Both the position numbers and the translations under genes were made by a program. From Klebsormidium nitens (Eukaryota > Plantae > Klebsormidiophyceae): a stretch of 64,000 bases of DNA. The stretch lies in contig DF237043.1 in assembly GCA_000708835.1 (NCBI GenBank), positions 62,001-126,000 on the forward strand. The letters are read 5' to 3'. Below the pieces are notes generated by a model that ran no database searches, had not been told where the DNA came from, and worked only from the letters and a program-made list of their open reading frames with translations. Positions 1 to 15,822 of the stretch are shown here, piece by piece (position 1 is the stretch's first letter; each line of letters begins with the position of its first letter).

Positions 1-597
1 ATTTACTTGCTGGACATGTGCAAACAACCGAACGGCGACCTCTTCAGTAGCAGAGCTTGCAACCAATCGACTGTACGTCAGAATTCACTTTCAGTGAGTC
101 AGTCTATGCTGTGCAAACGCTTCTAGACGACGTGGACCTAGGCTAGGTGGAGCGGATCCTGCGTGTGCTCCAGCAAGATCCCACTAATTTTGCGTAGGTT
201 CTGCTGGCCGTCGCGGGGGCGTTCCTCTAAGCGAGAGCTCTACTGCAGATGCACGGGCCTAAGTCTTGTGTCAACTGAACGTACATAAACAAGTTTCGAA
301 TCAACCGTCAAGCAATGGGCCAGTCAAGGCCAGCGCTAAATTGTCAGCGAAAACACTGGAGGACTCCATTATAGCTTGCGACGTCTGAACATCCTCTTCA
401 CCAAAAACGACACAATAAATAGCCTGGCTGCGGGGCTGCTCGTAAACGACCGTCATTGCCAATCATCAGAGCTACCCTTCGGAAACTGGTTCCATCTTTG
501 CCAAATACTCTACAGTCCCGCAGCGATCAACACGTGTCATTGCCCGCAAGCGACTTCTCTTGCGGTGCTAAAAATTGACAGACCGACTGAAAGCAGA

Positions 598-3500
598 TCA
601 GACGTCCAGAGTGACGAACTGGGTCGCGCCCGGGAATGCGTCCGGGTTCACTGTGATGTACTGCGTGGGGCTCTTGTTGCCGCTCGGGTCGGTGTAAGTG
701 ACGGCGTATGTGCCGAGGAAGGCGCGGAACTGCAAATGACAAGATGCACAATAATAAGCATTCAAATAGCCGATTACGAGAAAGACAGGTCTACCTCGTC
801 TTCGTCCTCGTTGACCTTCGTGTTCTTCAAAGTTTCCAGCTTTCAAATAAGCATAAGGGGGTATTCGTCCCTGATAAAACGAGGACAGGTGAAGAAACCC
901 ACAGACTCGTGACCCAAGCTTGAAGAGACCGGTCAAAACTGCAAGACTAGTTGCGCCGCTGAGGGGCCTGAAATTGGTTCAATAGAAGTGCATTGGTGTG
1001 AAGCACGGCTGAGAGAGCGACCAAGTTTTAGAGCACCACGTGTCCTCGCAGCACAACAAGCACGTCAACACTCTGGTGTCGACCCAAGCTTGGCAGCGAA
1101 TAGCATGGGCGACAGAATGAACCGCTTCGTGCGCTGGAACAGAACGAAAAGAATGAAGAAAAGAAGGCCGACCAGAACAGAATGTCGTCCTCATGGAGTT
1201 GTCTTCGCGTTTGCTGGTCGTTTTCTGAGTTCAATTGGAAAGTACAATACTCATTTACCCGTTGCTTCACCGTCTTGGCCGCTCGTTTTCTTCTTTCTTT
1301 CCGGCTTCACAAAAGTTGCAGCCTCAAACTGTCGGGACAAAGCTCTGAACTGTTTGAAACAACAAACCGATGGTCCGACCACCTACCCCTGTGTTGCCCA
1401 CGTTGTTGCTGTAGAAGAGACCACAACGAGAAAGAAGAAAGACCCAGACAAGAGTAAGAACAGATTCGCCAATCCACGCACCCTGCGCTGCCCGCATTGA
1501 AGCTGTAGTTGACCACGCTACTTGGAAAAAAGAGCAGCCTCCACAACACAACGAGAAAGGGTAAAGACCCGGAAACTAAAACGAACGAAAGGTCCCAACT
1601 ACCCACCCCTGCGCTGCCCCCTTTGAAGCTGTAGTTGACGACGTTAGTTGCATGAATGGCAGCCTCAAGTTTACGATGAGAAAGGGGAAAGACCCGGAGA
1701 CTGTAAGACCGGAGATCCAAACCACCCACCCCTGCGCTGCCCCCGTTGAAGCTGTAGCTGACCATTTTGGTCGACCACTCGTCTCTGCTGAAGGCGCAAG
1801 TCGCCACCGCGGCCAGCCACTTGCGTCTCTTCAAGAAAACATTCCGGACACGATTTGACCCTTGAAAAGGCGATCAACACAATCAACGGAGGGTCCCAAC
1901 CACCCACCCCTGCGCTGCCCCCGTTGAAGCTGTAGTTGACGACGTTTGTCGACCACTCGTCCCTGAGCGCCAGGTAGCGCTGCCCCGCGGCGTTGGGCTG
2001 GTAGCCCGCCTGGGGGCTGGTGAACAGGCACGGCCCGCAGACCGCGTCATTGTCGCCGCCGTACGGGTACGGGATGACGTGCTGGAACAGGATGGTCGTC
2101 ACGTGGGGGTTGGAGAAGAGCTGGCGGAGCGTGCTCTCCAGGATGTCGGCCTGCGGGGAGGGCGGGGATCGACGGTTAGAGAACCGTCTAGGCCGTTCGA
2201 TGGGGATCTGACGGCTGAGGTCTTATAAAGGAAAGGAAGGACGGTCGGGAGCCGTTCGACAAACTTCGGACGGTCGAGATTGCAGGCAGGGCGAAAACAA
2301 TGATCAAGGGGCCATTCAGGCCGCTCAACAGAGATTTGACGGTTGACGCCCTGACGTTGTGAGTCAGGGCTTCTACAGAGAAGATTGAGGCCGTTCGATG
2401 GCAATCTGATGAAATAGGTTGAGTGGAGGTGAAAGGACCGGATAGAAGGGCCGTAGACTCCGTGCGATGAAGAACAGAGGGATCAAATTGCGGGAAGACA
2501 CAGAAGTGTGCGGAGGAACTTCAAGACGTTCTGGAAATACGAGGGAGCCGGCAGCAGAACACAGGGGGCCAACAAAAAGAAGGATGTGTTTGGATGGAAG
2601 CTTGACGGATGCAGATGCATCCCGGCTACACTGAAATGCGAATGCCAGTCAGAAGAACTTAATGCTACCTTCTTTTGTTTCCGCCTCTAAACGCATGCTA
2701 GAGATTGGGCAACTTTAACCGGCCAAGATGCGATTAGCGAAGACAGTCACGGTTTCCGTTTGTTTGCAAAACATACGATCTCAACTTTCCCAGACGGAGA
2801 GTAGCGCAACAAAGGCTGCGAATCGCACATATGGCTTTGTAAAAGTTGAATGCACAGAAAGGTATTGGCAATATCGAGGAGATAGATTGGTTTCCTGCAA
2901 GTTTTACGCATGCTCCATGGTAGAAGTCTGTCACAAAGTCGTCTCAATGGGGTTTAATAACCCTTGCCTGCAGGTTTCGGTCGAAATTGTAGTTCCCCAC
3001 GAAGCTGTTGCCCACGTTGACGTTAAGTTCGGTGATGTGGACCGGCAGCCCCGTCGCCTCCGCGACCTTGGACACGGCTGCGGGCAAAATGCTTGCAAAT
3101 TTAGGGTTTCTGTGTTTTGTGTTTTGTTTTTGGGCTTCGCCATTCAAGAGGCCTCTATAGAATGGGAAAGGGGGGTCGCGGGGACAAGTACAGCGGTTGC
3201 TTCAACCCTGCTATAAAAAGATGCCAAGTGCTCGGACCATGGTTCCTGATCTTGGCCCGTATTTCGAAACTCAAAAGGACATGTGACGGCTCAAGACCGC
3301 AAACCGTAGCCTAGAATTTGGGAATCTAGGTGGCAAGTTTGACGCAAGAATTGAGTCCGATGGCTTATCATGTTTTTACTTCTTCAAGCTCTGAGATTTA
3401 GGCTTTCAGGACAAGTTGACGATGGACAAAGGTGTTCGAGCCGCTTGAAAAGTTCTGTGCTCTCGCTTTGTAACCCCACGATCGTAAGCCTCCTCCCTTC

Positions 3501-6500
3501 CCACAGATTTTGTCTTTTGGCATTTTGAAGCTGCAATATCGCTCATGCGCTAATTCTAATCACTTCCTTAACTGCAAAGAAGCCGCTCATTGCGCATCCT
3601 CGTGGTTCTCTCCCAAGCAGTGTGACCAGTCCTGCATTTCTTCTGTACATTCTCAAATTCTCCAGCCCTCCCCCATCTCTTGCTGTGACTTATCGTTCCG
3701 AACCAAACACTATGCATTTTGATGTTTCGAACCATTCTTGTTTTGTTTGTTGATCTTCCGAAGCTTGGTAAATGCTCACCGATGCTCATGCGCTGGTCCT
3801 CCCGCTGGTTGGGCGTCACCTGGAACTGCAGCCCGGCGATGTTCACCAGCTGGCCCTGCCCGCGCGAGTTCAGATAGTTGATGCGCTCCGCCAACACCTC
3901 GGGGCTCACGGGGTCGCCGTACGCCTGGATAAAACACGAGTTGAGACTTTGAGAACTTTCACGGTGACTGGAGAGGGAGTGACAAGTTCCGGACAAGGAT
4001 TTGGATTCAAAGCACGCTCTGGCGGTAGGGACTTCGGAATTTGACTGTGCGAGCAGAAGAATGGAGGCTTTAGTATGGACTATAGCTAGGGGAAGATCCA
4101 GCAATGTTGGATCTCTCGAGAACTATATGCGGCACTAAGACGAGATGGTGAGATGCATCTTCCGCATTTTTGCTTGACTGTCACCTTTGGCCTCCCTTCA
4201 CACTTGTCTCAAATGAGTCCTCTCACTTGATTGAAGACGACCGTGAAGCGAAATGAGGTGGCGCTGCCTAACTTTCGGACGAGCGCAGCGAGCATCTGGC
4301 CGCACAGTAGCTGCTGACAGATAGAATCCAGAGCCGCTACCTGACCAGACTGCAAACTATGACTAACCCAAGACGAAACCTCACTTGCTCTTTGTGAGGA
4401 CCACGCCTCAAAGAAAAGCTGAGAACTAGAAAGGAGAGGGAGCTTACATCAAGGGGGAAGTTGTAGTAGCAGCCCTCTCCCACGTCTGCAGAGAACAGAA
4501 AAAGATTCAGAAATCAGTCGGTGCGCTTCGAGATATGCTGCGCGAAAGTGTCGACTTTCTCCTAGCGCTTTATCAGACTCTAAGGACTAGTCTCTCCCCC
4601 CAACTCTCCCGCCCCACAGTTGAGACCCTTTCTGGATGAACGAGTCTGCTTGACCACAAGAAACCTTATCCAACAACAAACAGGTATCAGCGGATTGCCG
4701 GACTTCATCTCCCGTGTCGGTGAAAGCAGAGCCTCTGTCCAAGGACTGGGCAGATGACACTGACTCTCAAAAACTGCCCTCTGAGATAGCAAGCACAGCT
4801 CCCTCCGTCACGAGTCCCAACGTATGATCGACATTCGGGAAAGAGGAAAGCGTACAACCTCGTTGGGAGCACAGAAGATTGGAGGCCTCACTGTACTCGT
4901 TGTAGATGATCGGCGTGTTGTGGCCGGCCGCGTTGTCGGCGCTCCTGGTGGCGATGAAGTTTTTGGCTGCACGGGGCACGCTAGATGGTCAGAGTTGCGC
5001 CTTCGGCACCTGCCTGAAAGTTTACCTCCTCCAACAATGAAAGAGTTGGATCCATTGGGATGTTTGCAAACTACCCCTCTTACAAGAAGACTATTTCTTC
5101 CGTAGGAAAGGTGACGTAAGGGTGTCGCTGGTTCCTTGAAAGACCGAATTCTGCTCATTTGCAAGGGGTCGAGTTGAACATGTTCGGCGGAGTTTAGAGC
5201 CAAGCAAAAGACGGTGGCCGCGCTAACGAGATGGTGGGTTGCAAGTCCGCTAAGAGGCGGCACTTGGCGGCTCGTCCCTTGGATCAGCTATGAGTTCGTG
5301 AACCCAAATGTCGAATCGCCTTGCTTCGTCAAAGTCAGGCTCTTTGCACTATGTTTCAAGGGAGAAAAACTCGATATAGCTGTCCCTATTTCTAAGTTTC
5401 AGCCTTGGCAACGGCTCGGAGACAGGACGCCTTCAATATGCGCAAATGCCTCCGCTATTTCTTCCTTGAAGAGTCCGCAAGATTGCCCCCCCGTAACCAA
5501 CCCGTCTGTCGGAAGCTTTCGAAGCATCTTTTGTAAAAAGTTGTCCCCGGACAAATTCTCACGTGCAGCTGTCTGCTTCAAAGTTGCCACCGGGTTCCAA
5601 AATTTTCGAGCGAACCTGCTGATCATGGGCCGTTAGATGCCTCCAGTATCGTCTTAGAACGCTTAAAGATCAGGAACCATGCTCGGACCGTTTCAAATCC
5701 GATGGCCGATCTGACGCAGAGAGCTCTATCAAAACGCAAAAGCAATATGTAGCCTCACTGATGCTGTCAATGCCTCCGCCCACGTTCGGGATGTACGTCT
5801 TATGGATACCCTCGTTGTCGACGGTCACCGCAGTGTAGCTGCCGCCGCCAGTGTTCATGGCGCGGGTGGACCGCTGGCTGATGTAATAGTCCAGCAGGCT
5901 GACCGCATCACCCTGCATCACAACGTGTGCGCTTGACAAGACGCTCCTTCTGTCACAAAATCTTTCGAGGAGTCCTCCGGGGTTCGTTATACCGATCTGG
6001 AAGCGGGTGAGAAACGGGCAATCTGCTGACGGAGAGGGGTTTTCGCGTCACATGGCAAGAAGAGAAGGCCAGTCACTCTGAGAAGGGGGTTCGTTTACAA
6101 TCTTCCCACAATCTATAGCCTGAAAAGTGGTTGCAAAGCGTCATTCAAAATTCTGGATCTTTCCGTTATCGAGATGCATAAGAATTTCGGATCTCGCGCC
6201 TAGGACTGTGGACGTTTGCGATGGGACGCCTCGACTCCTGCACTCCTGGCACACTAAAAATGGGCGTAGCCTGCTGAATAGTTTTCTGTCAAGCGCGGAT
6301 GTAGACCTTCAACCGGAATAGTCCAATTGCTAGTGGACTGTTGCTCAAGTTGAAAACTCGGGATGCCTTACTGAAGGGTCGGAGGAGAAAGCCGGAAATG
6401 GACCGGCAGTCGGAAGGCTTCCTACAAATGCTGTCGAGATACCGAGTCATACCACGCGCAAAAAGTTGAAGGTCTGTTTCAGCAACTCTCGAGGGGAATC

Positions 6501-9500
6501 CAAAATTCCTTGCAAACTTTGCTCGAAGACGAGGCCACGTCACCCCAAGCGCTTCCGAAGCGTCGGCCCGAATCAAAGGTCAAGGCCACCAGTCATGCTA
6601 CTCTCTTTCTCGCTGGCAAAACAAACGGAAGGGAACGGGGACACTATAGCTCTGTATGCCATACTCTGTGCTCCAAATCCTGCGCTACCGTCATCTCCGA
6701 GAGCCGTTTTTCTCGCAGCTCCAGCGCAACGCTTGGGATGAATAGACAAAGCCGTCCGAAGACAATCTACAACATAAATCGGTCGGGAAGCTCACCCCGT
6801 TTGCCTGGGTAGCAGCAATGCTGCTCTGGACCCACTGGGGGATCCCGTTCTCTAAGTCGTCCCACGTGACCTGGGGTCCAATGATTGGGAGACCCAGGCC
6901 CTGGGCCCACCGGATGAAGTTCAGAATGAGGCCGTAGTCATAGATGTTGTCACCTGACTCGGTCGCAGGCCAACCACTGCACGGGAGAAAGAAAGATCGG
7001 ATCTGAAAATGCTTCCACTATACAGGTAAAGAGAAGGACGACCTTCCGATTCAAGCTTGGAGTGTAGTCCATTTTGGATGGACAAGAACCAGGTTTGAGT
7101 CCGGGGTGGTCGAGCTTTCGGGCAGAAGGGCGTAGTATCAAGTGGATTTCGTATCCTCTTCGAAGCGTGATCATTGAAAGATAATTCCCACATTACTTAA
7201 GTACGATTTCTCAAGTCTCATTCATCTAATCGTGAATCAAGACTGGCCTCTCGATCGTGGAATCGAGACCCGCTAAGACTATGGTCTTAAAGATCCATGG
7301 CTCTCCAAACCTGCCCAGAGCACCTGTCCAGGTCGGCCATGACAGCAATCAACATGACGAGAAGGCAAAGATCACCGTTTCATTGACGGCATTAACTGCA
7401 AAATGAATAACTGAGGACTGCTCGAAGGTTTGTTCCATTTTGCATGAGACCAGATCGCTAAAGATCCACGAAAGAGACACTCAGGCTCTTTGTCATTAGG
7501 GGTCCTGGTTGCAACAGTTCTTCAGAAGACAAACCAGATGCAGAGCGCGAGAATCGAGGTGAAGGAAACCACTTACGCGTTGCCCTGGGACACGACAGAG
7601 GAGCGGAAAATGTTGGTCACGAAGTTGGCCTGGTAAGCATCGTACGTGACACCATAGTCCACGTCCTGCAGACCCCTGCATTTGGGGGGTAACCAGAGAA
7701 GTTAACCTTTGGGTTGAGCTGCTAACCAGACTAAATCTCTTCAATTGCCTGGCTCTGAAGGTGTCTTCTCGAGTACAGGTCAACTGGGAAGCGAAAACAA
7801 AGGGCAACGACGCCGGTTCTTAACGCTTTTCAGTAGAGAGGGTCTCCAAACATAACGTCAGGTAAAGCTTCGCGACAATTTGTCTTTCGCAAGGCGCCAG
7901 TGCTTGCAAACAGTCCTCCTAAGATCGCCCGAATTCCGTCCAAACTGCCAATAGCCGCCCGCTTGCGCACACGACGGAGACATTGCTGAAGAGGCCTTAG
8001 CAACAACTCCAAGAGTGATGCAGTGATTCGTTGTGCCAAGTGAAAAGCACTTCTGCTCACCAAGGGAACCCGGAGCGCACGGTGGTGAAGTCGACGGTGC
8101 CCCCGCTGACCGGTGCGCCGTTCCTCTGGAAGTTAATCTGGACGTTGGCCTTACGAAGCTGGAAAGCACAAAGACCCGATGAGAACCAGACGCAGATGTA
8201 GATACAAGCTGCTCCTACCCAATGGCGAACTTGCCCCACAGGCTACAACTGTATGAGCGACGTTCTAGCGACATTTCTATTGAACTCCATTGACTCAGCG
8301 ATCCCTCGTCAAGAAAACGTCCAAGTTCGGAGATCAGTTGTCTCCTGGGAGCTTCCCGTCTCCTCAACGGACTCGGCCTTATGACGAACATGCCCAGGTG
8401 CTTCAAACTCTCTGCCGATACCCTCGTTAGCCTTCTTTCCACAGGCTACGGTAGGCAACTGCTGAAGTCAGATTATGGATGCGAGAAGCTCACAGCATCG
8501 ATCTGGGCGTTCTGCTGGGCCCGCAGCGCGTTGGGGTCGACAGGGATGACGGCAACGCCACGGACGTGGATGTTTGCGCCGCGGTCCTCCCTGCAGGTAC
8601 GTAAAAGCAGCTACGTGAGATGGTGAAGCATGTTCTTTTTTTGGTGATTAGGAAGGTCAAAGAGTGTAGCGGTCTCTATGGTGATTAGGAAGGTCATAGG
8701 GTAACAGGAAGTTCAGGATACTGCTCTAATCCTTAAACGAGTTAGTCTGACAAGGCAAACAACGACTTCCATGGAAGCGACCAAGGTCAAAACCTGCGGA
8801 TCTTTGCAGCGGGCTCAGGAGAGAAGCGCGTTGACCAACCGAAACATACGTATTTACACTAATAGAAGGTTTTACGCAGCAGCGTCAGGTTGAGGATAAG
8901 GCTTTTGGGGAGCGGCTGGGCCTAACAACAGGGAATATATTAAGCTCAAATGGAGCACAGCTTTCTTTGACGGGTGTCGAATAATATTGGTGACAGATGT
9001 CAAGACAGATTAGTACCATTGAACACGATCACGTTTCTTTCCCCCCGTTTGCCCAGGAAAACATGTAGATAAAGCAAACTTCAATCCATTTTTTCAAGCC
9101 AAGTACCTCCAAACGTCCAGAAGGGTGAAGCACACTGATGACAACTCACGCTGAAATGCGGAGGAGGTCCGAGTTGGTTGGCGGTGTGAACGCCCCCTTG
9201 ACGAGCGTCCAGCAGTCGTTCTGGATCTGTGCCACAGGCGCCATGCAGTAGGGGCCGCCCTCGAACGTGCCCTGGATCAGGACTGCGCGCCCGCGCACAA
9301 TCACTCCGTAGTTCTTCTGGGAGGCGGCACCGGTCAGGCGGACCTGCAGGAAGCGTCTAGTGTCAAACCTGTGTTTCCACTTGACCTCTGACTTTTAACT
9401 TCAATCTTTGGCCACGGTACACTCTGCATGCTGGGATTCTTAAAACTGCATTCCGAGGTCTGTCTGGAATCAACCCTGAGCAGCAGCCCTTCCTTTGGAT

Positions 9501-11558
9501 TTTTGCGTGGTCGGCGTCGATCTTTTCTAAAGAAAATGGTCGTAAAGCGAAGCCCAGGGCCTGGCCAGTAGGGTCAATCGTAGACTCCGCAATCCAGCAT
9601 AACCCCTTAGGCTGCTGCTTATCGGTCTGCATTGCCCAGTCTTCTGTATTGGAGCGCAGTGGCAGACCTTCTGGTGATGGCAGAAACTTGAGGAGGCCAC
9701 ACAAGGGCTGAGGACAAGGCTACGGCCTTTAAAGACACAGTCTTAGCAGCTGCTCAGGGCAGAGAGAAGAATCCCAGGCTATACTTTTCGCCACAACTTG
9801 TTCTTGCCATGCTTCCTGCCAGGCACAACGCTCGGCGTGTTCCCACAAACAAAGTGTGGAAACAAACTTGTGTAGGGAAGGGAGTGGATTGCAGTATGGC
9901 ACTTGCAGGCCTTCGTCGAACATTGCTTGGCCACCGCTACTGCCACCTTCTTTATCATGTCAAACGCTGAAGTGCATTGCACAAAGAACCACGAGGAGAC
10001 TGATCAACTGATCCACTAATCGGGTGTGTTGCTTCCTCCCCCACTTCATTTTGCACGTTGAACAAGTTACAAAAGCGTGCCTGGATCTCAAAAGCCAGCC
10101 GTTGGGGCGATTGGAGCAAAATCTGCTTTACTTAGGCAGCCAGAAGAAGGAAGCAGGGGATAGCATTCCGGCCACTCACACGCACGCCACCAGTTCACGC
10201 CACTTTCTCTAAAGCATCTCCATTCATCTTCATTTTTGGCATATGCATACACAGGACTAGCCAAAAATCACCTAAAACGTTGTGGCATATGCAGAGCGGC
10301 CAACTTACCCACGCATAGAAGAGGTGACTCCATCCTGGCACGAGGTTGTCAACCTGGATTCCTACACCTGCATCCTCACTGCCTCCCCTGTTGTCAGCTG
10401 TTGCTGCTGCATAAGTGCTAGTGCCATCGCTTTGGATGACTAGGCCAGGATTAGGATCCTTGCAGAAGGGACAGAACCAGCCAGCAGGGACGCCGTTGTC
10501 AAAACCGTTGGCTACGATGTTTCCGGGGGGGGGGTACTCGGTGGAGGAGCCAGGGCACTGTCATTGAAACCACGGTGTCAAGTTCGGATGAATGCAGGGC
10601 TAAAGAAAGGTGACACTGTATGGATACACAATGTTAACGGTCATTACTGGCCAGGATGACAATGCAAAGAGCAATGGAAGCTTCTTCCTCAAAGCTGACA
10701 CTATGATTGCTGCACAACAGGCCAGCAGATGTGTGCTGGGGATTTCTTGGTTGCTGATGTGCGCATTGCAGATAGGATATTTCTGAGGACAGTTTGCTGC
10801 TGCATACATCTGAAAGAAGCGCTGACTGAGTTTGCCACTTACCACATTGCCTGGAGGCGTGAGGGGGTCAAATGCTGCACAGAGAAGCGGGCTGTCATTG
10901 GTTCCTGGTCCAATTTGCTAAACATAGGTGATATTGTGTGGAACGCTGGGGCACCGATGTCTGCATTTCATTGGAGATATTTGAGGCCAAACCAATGCAG
11001 TCTCCATAACACTACGTCAAGCGGGGGTGTTCCAATTCTTCTTGGAGACCATTAAAGCCGGGTACATCCCAGCATCCGCACTGGCGCCACAATGGAGCTC
11101 AGTCACTGTCACTGGCCCTTTTCTGATTCAAAGCGACCAGCCAATCAAGAAGGCACATATGTCCAGAACAGAGTTGCAATGCATTACAAGTGGGCACCGG
11201 GGTGTGAAGCAGCAGCCACAGGAGCAATGCTGTGCCCAGCGGCATCAATCAGCTCTCCGCCCTCAAGATCTTAAGCATAGCTGACAGTCCTAGAGAACCC
11301 AACGGACATTGATGGTGTCAAGCTTCAGGAGGAAACGCCTCGCAGAATATTCGACACCTCAGAACGACGCATTGCAAGATCCAGCTGCATTGCAAAGTGA
11401 CGCAGTACAGCATTGAAGAAACTTGTCACTGACTGGACTCGAAAAAGATTGTAGCACCAGGGCACTGACAACTTACATTGGCCAACAGCTACGGCAGCCA
11501 ATGCTGACAGCGACAGGGCCAGCAAGCTGAAAGAGAGAGCGCCTTTCAGAGCCGCCAT
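598..11558 (-). CDS. Secreted GH10 endo-1,4-beta-xylanase-like protein with N-terminal CBM22/CBM4_9-like domain, 15 exons
   Basis: Exons: 11477-11558, 10843-10874, 10354-10557, 9150-9343, 8494-8590, 8061-8158, 7577-7675, 6796-6976, 5759-5912, 4892-4966, 4448-4485, 3780-3924, 2968-3077, 1908-2150, 598-729; all join in frame. Signal peptide MAALKGALSFSLLALSLSALAAVAVG. CBM-like NDCWTLVKGAF; RKANVQI...SGFPW. Acid/base motif VTVDNEGIH, IIYNEY, nucleophile motif GLPVHITELN. Plant-type C-terminus FRAFLGTY. Confidence 0.85.
1381..1795 (-). repeat. Four degenerate tandem copies of the exon-14 end plus 5' splice site in the last GH10 intron
   Basis: Copies of CAGCTTCAACGGGGGCAGCGCAGGG|GT (minus strand) at about 1383-1414, 1478-1519, 1601-1645 and 1721-1787. 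The functional junction is at 1908/1907. Confidence 0.85.
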
Positions 11559-11924
11559 TTTCCTTTTCCAGTTTGGTGCGCCACTCCGCCGGCGCTGGTG
11601 AACCGGGATCCTTGAACCGTGTGCACTGTGCTCAGAGTCAAACAGTGTGAAGAGCTTGTGAGCGCCAGCCCCGCAGGCTGAGGCTTGAGCCCTTCCTCGA
11701 TCCTGATTTTGGCAGACTGGTACCTACTGTACTGTACCAGTACGGTGGCCTGCATCAGCGCGGCATTGGTGCCAGTAGTACTGTCCGACTGGGCCGCACC
11801 GGGCACACTCGAGAGATTTTGCTCGACTGACTGAATCGCCCCGGGGCGCTTCCAAGAACTCCGGAACTGGCGCCGTACCGGCTTAAACGTCCGACCCGGA
11901 CTCGAGCGGAGAGCGATATGCTCC

Positions 11925-12035
11925 CGGGAGACGGGTGGGGTAGGTAACGGAAGGTGGTTACGGAAACTAGGGTTTGGGTGCGAGGCGCCTACCTACTTTA
12001 TAGCGGTTAGGGTTTTTTGTTTGTGTGCCCGGGTA
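11925..12035 (-). repeat. Copy of a CCCTAA-rich interspersed repeat in the GH10/RPS14 divergent promoter
   Basis: The reverse complement ACCCGGGCAC...AACCCTAACC...CCCCACCCGTCTCCCGGG matches the ends of the 28372-28475 copy. Confidence 0.6.
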
Positions 12036-12121
12036 GCCTGAAAGTTACATGGGTAAGTCACACAATAGGTACCGCCAAGGCTCGCGAGCCTAGTACTGCC
12101 CGGGCCTACCATACTTGGGCC
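12007..12121. promoter_or_regulatory. Telo-box (AAACCCTAA, reverse strand, 12007-12015) and site II element (TGGGCC, 12116-12121) upstream of RPS14
   Basis: Exact motifs about 280-390 bp upstream of the RPS14 ATG. The telo-box plus site II pair is established for plant ribosomal protein promoters; function here is not shown. Confidence 0.45.
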
Positions 12122-12401
12122 CTGGGGCGATCTCCAAGTCACGACAAAATCAGGTACCTGGTAAAGGTCCGGTACAACGTACAGGCATCTTACTTATTTT
12201 GGTGTACTTTCCCGCCAATGTCCGGCTGCCATCTGGCAAGCATTGGAAGGATCGGACAAAGTTGCGAGTCACGACTTACTATACCGGAGCGTGCTCGCGC
12301 GTTCCTTGAACCCCCTTCGAACAGACCATTGCCGTTTCGAAGAAGAATGCAGGCCTCTTTCACCTTTGAACCTCGAACAGGGAGGAAGGCGACCGGTCAC
12401 C

Positions 12402-15013
<2,612 letters not shown>

Positions 15014-15822
15014 TTAGCCTACGCCACTGCCTTGGCAACCGTGGGCGGAAGCTCGGAAGAACAGCTTTGGGGTTGTGCTTTCAGCTTTTGGCTATCATCG
15101 TCCTTTTGTAACATCAGTGCTTACTCACCTGTTTGACATTTTGTTTCACACACGCAAATGCTTGAGGAGACGTCTTCCATTTTTCATGGACTCAAGATTG
15201 CGCATCGTTGTTTGAGAGGCTAGCATGTCGCCCGGCGATTGTGGCTCTGCTACCCTCCACCGACTTATATGAACGAAGCATGCTAGACTTGCAGTTAGTA
15301 CTATAGTAGTATCAGGATGAACTTGCGCCGAATGCCACAGTTGATATATGGCTTGCATGTTCAAAGTCAAGTTGTACGTGCGCATGTTGCAGCTTGACTA
15401 CACACCTATCGTTAGATGTATGCAGTAGTGACGGTTTAACTACGTATATTTCAATTGATTGGTTCATTTAGATGACTAGATGGCTGCGCAGCATCCATGC
15501 AGTGGACTCCGTATGACAAAGACTTATGTGTTTAAAAGTACGCTATACGGAAGGCCGCCAGCATGTAGTACACTGAAATAAGCATTATCACTGCAAAGGC
15601 AAGGCAACAACATGACATACTTCTCGTACATGAAGAACTGCATGGTTTTAGTCTCCCTTCTTGGAATCACAGGAGAGCCGGCCAACGAACGACAAAGTAC
15701 CCAAGCCAGGGTGTCATATGTAACGCGATGAATGACAGTAGTCTCCCAGCCGAAAAGTCACGATCTGTAACGAGCGGACATAAGGAGACTTGCAAGGCAG
15801 CTTGTTGAAGTCCCCGTTCCTG

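Noticed and set aside
376-912. 178-aa plus-strand ORF
   Set aside because: It is antisense to the GH10 last exon and 3' region, starts at TTG, and has no recognisable motif.
1381-1960. Repeat-spacer look (CRISPR-like) of the GH10 intron array, and likewise 41760-42215
   Set aside because: The repeats are degenerate copies of an exon junction, the spacers partly resemble each other, the context is a eukaryotic intron, and there are no cas genes.
10354-11558. Apparent frameshift between GH10 exon 1 and the exon containing the 10-G run (pseudogene or assembly error)
   Set aside because: Resolved by a 32-nt exon at 10843-10874 with canonical splice sites.
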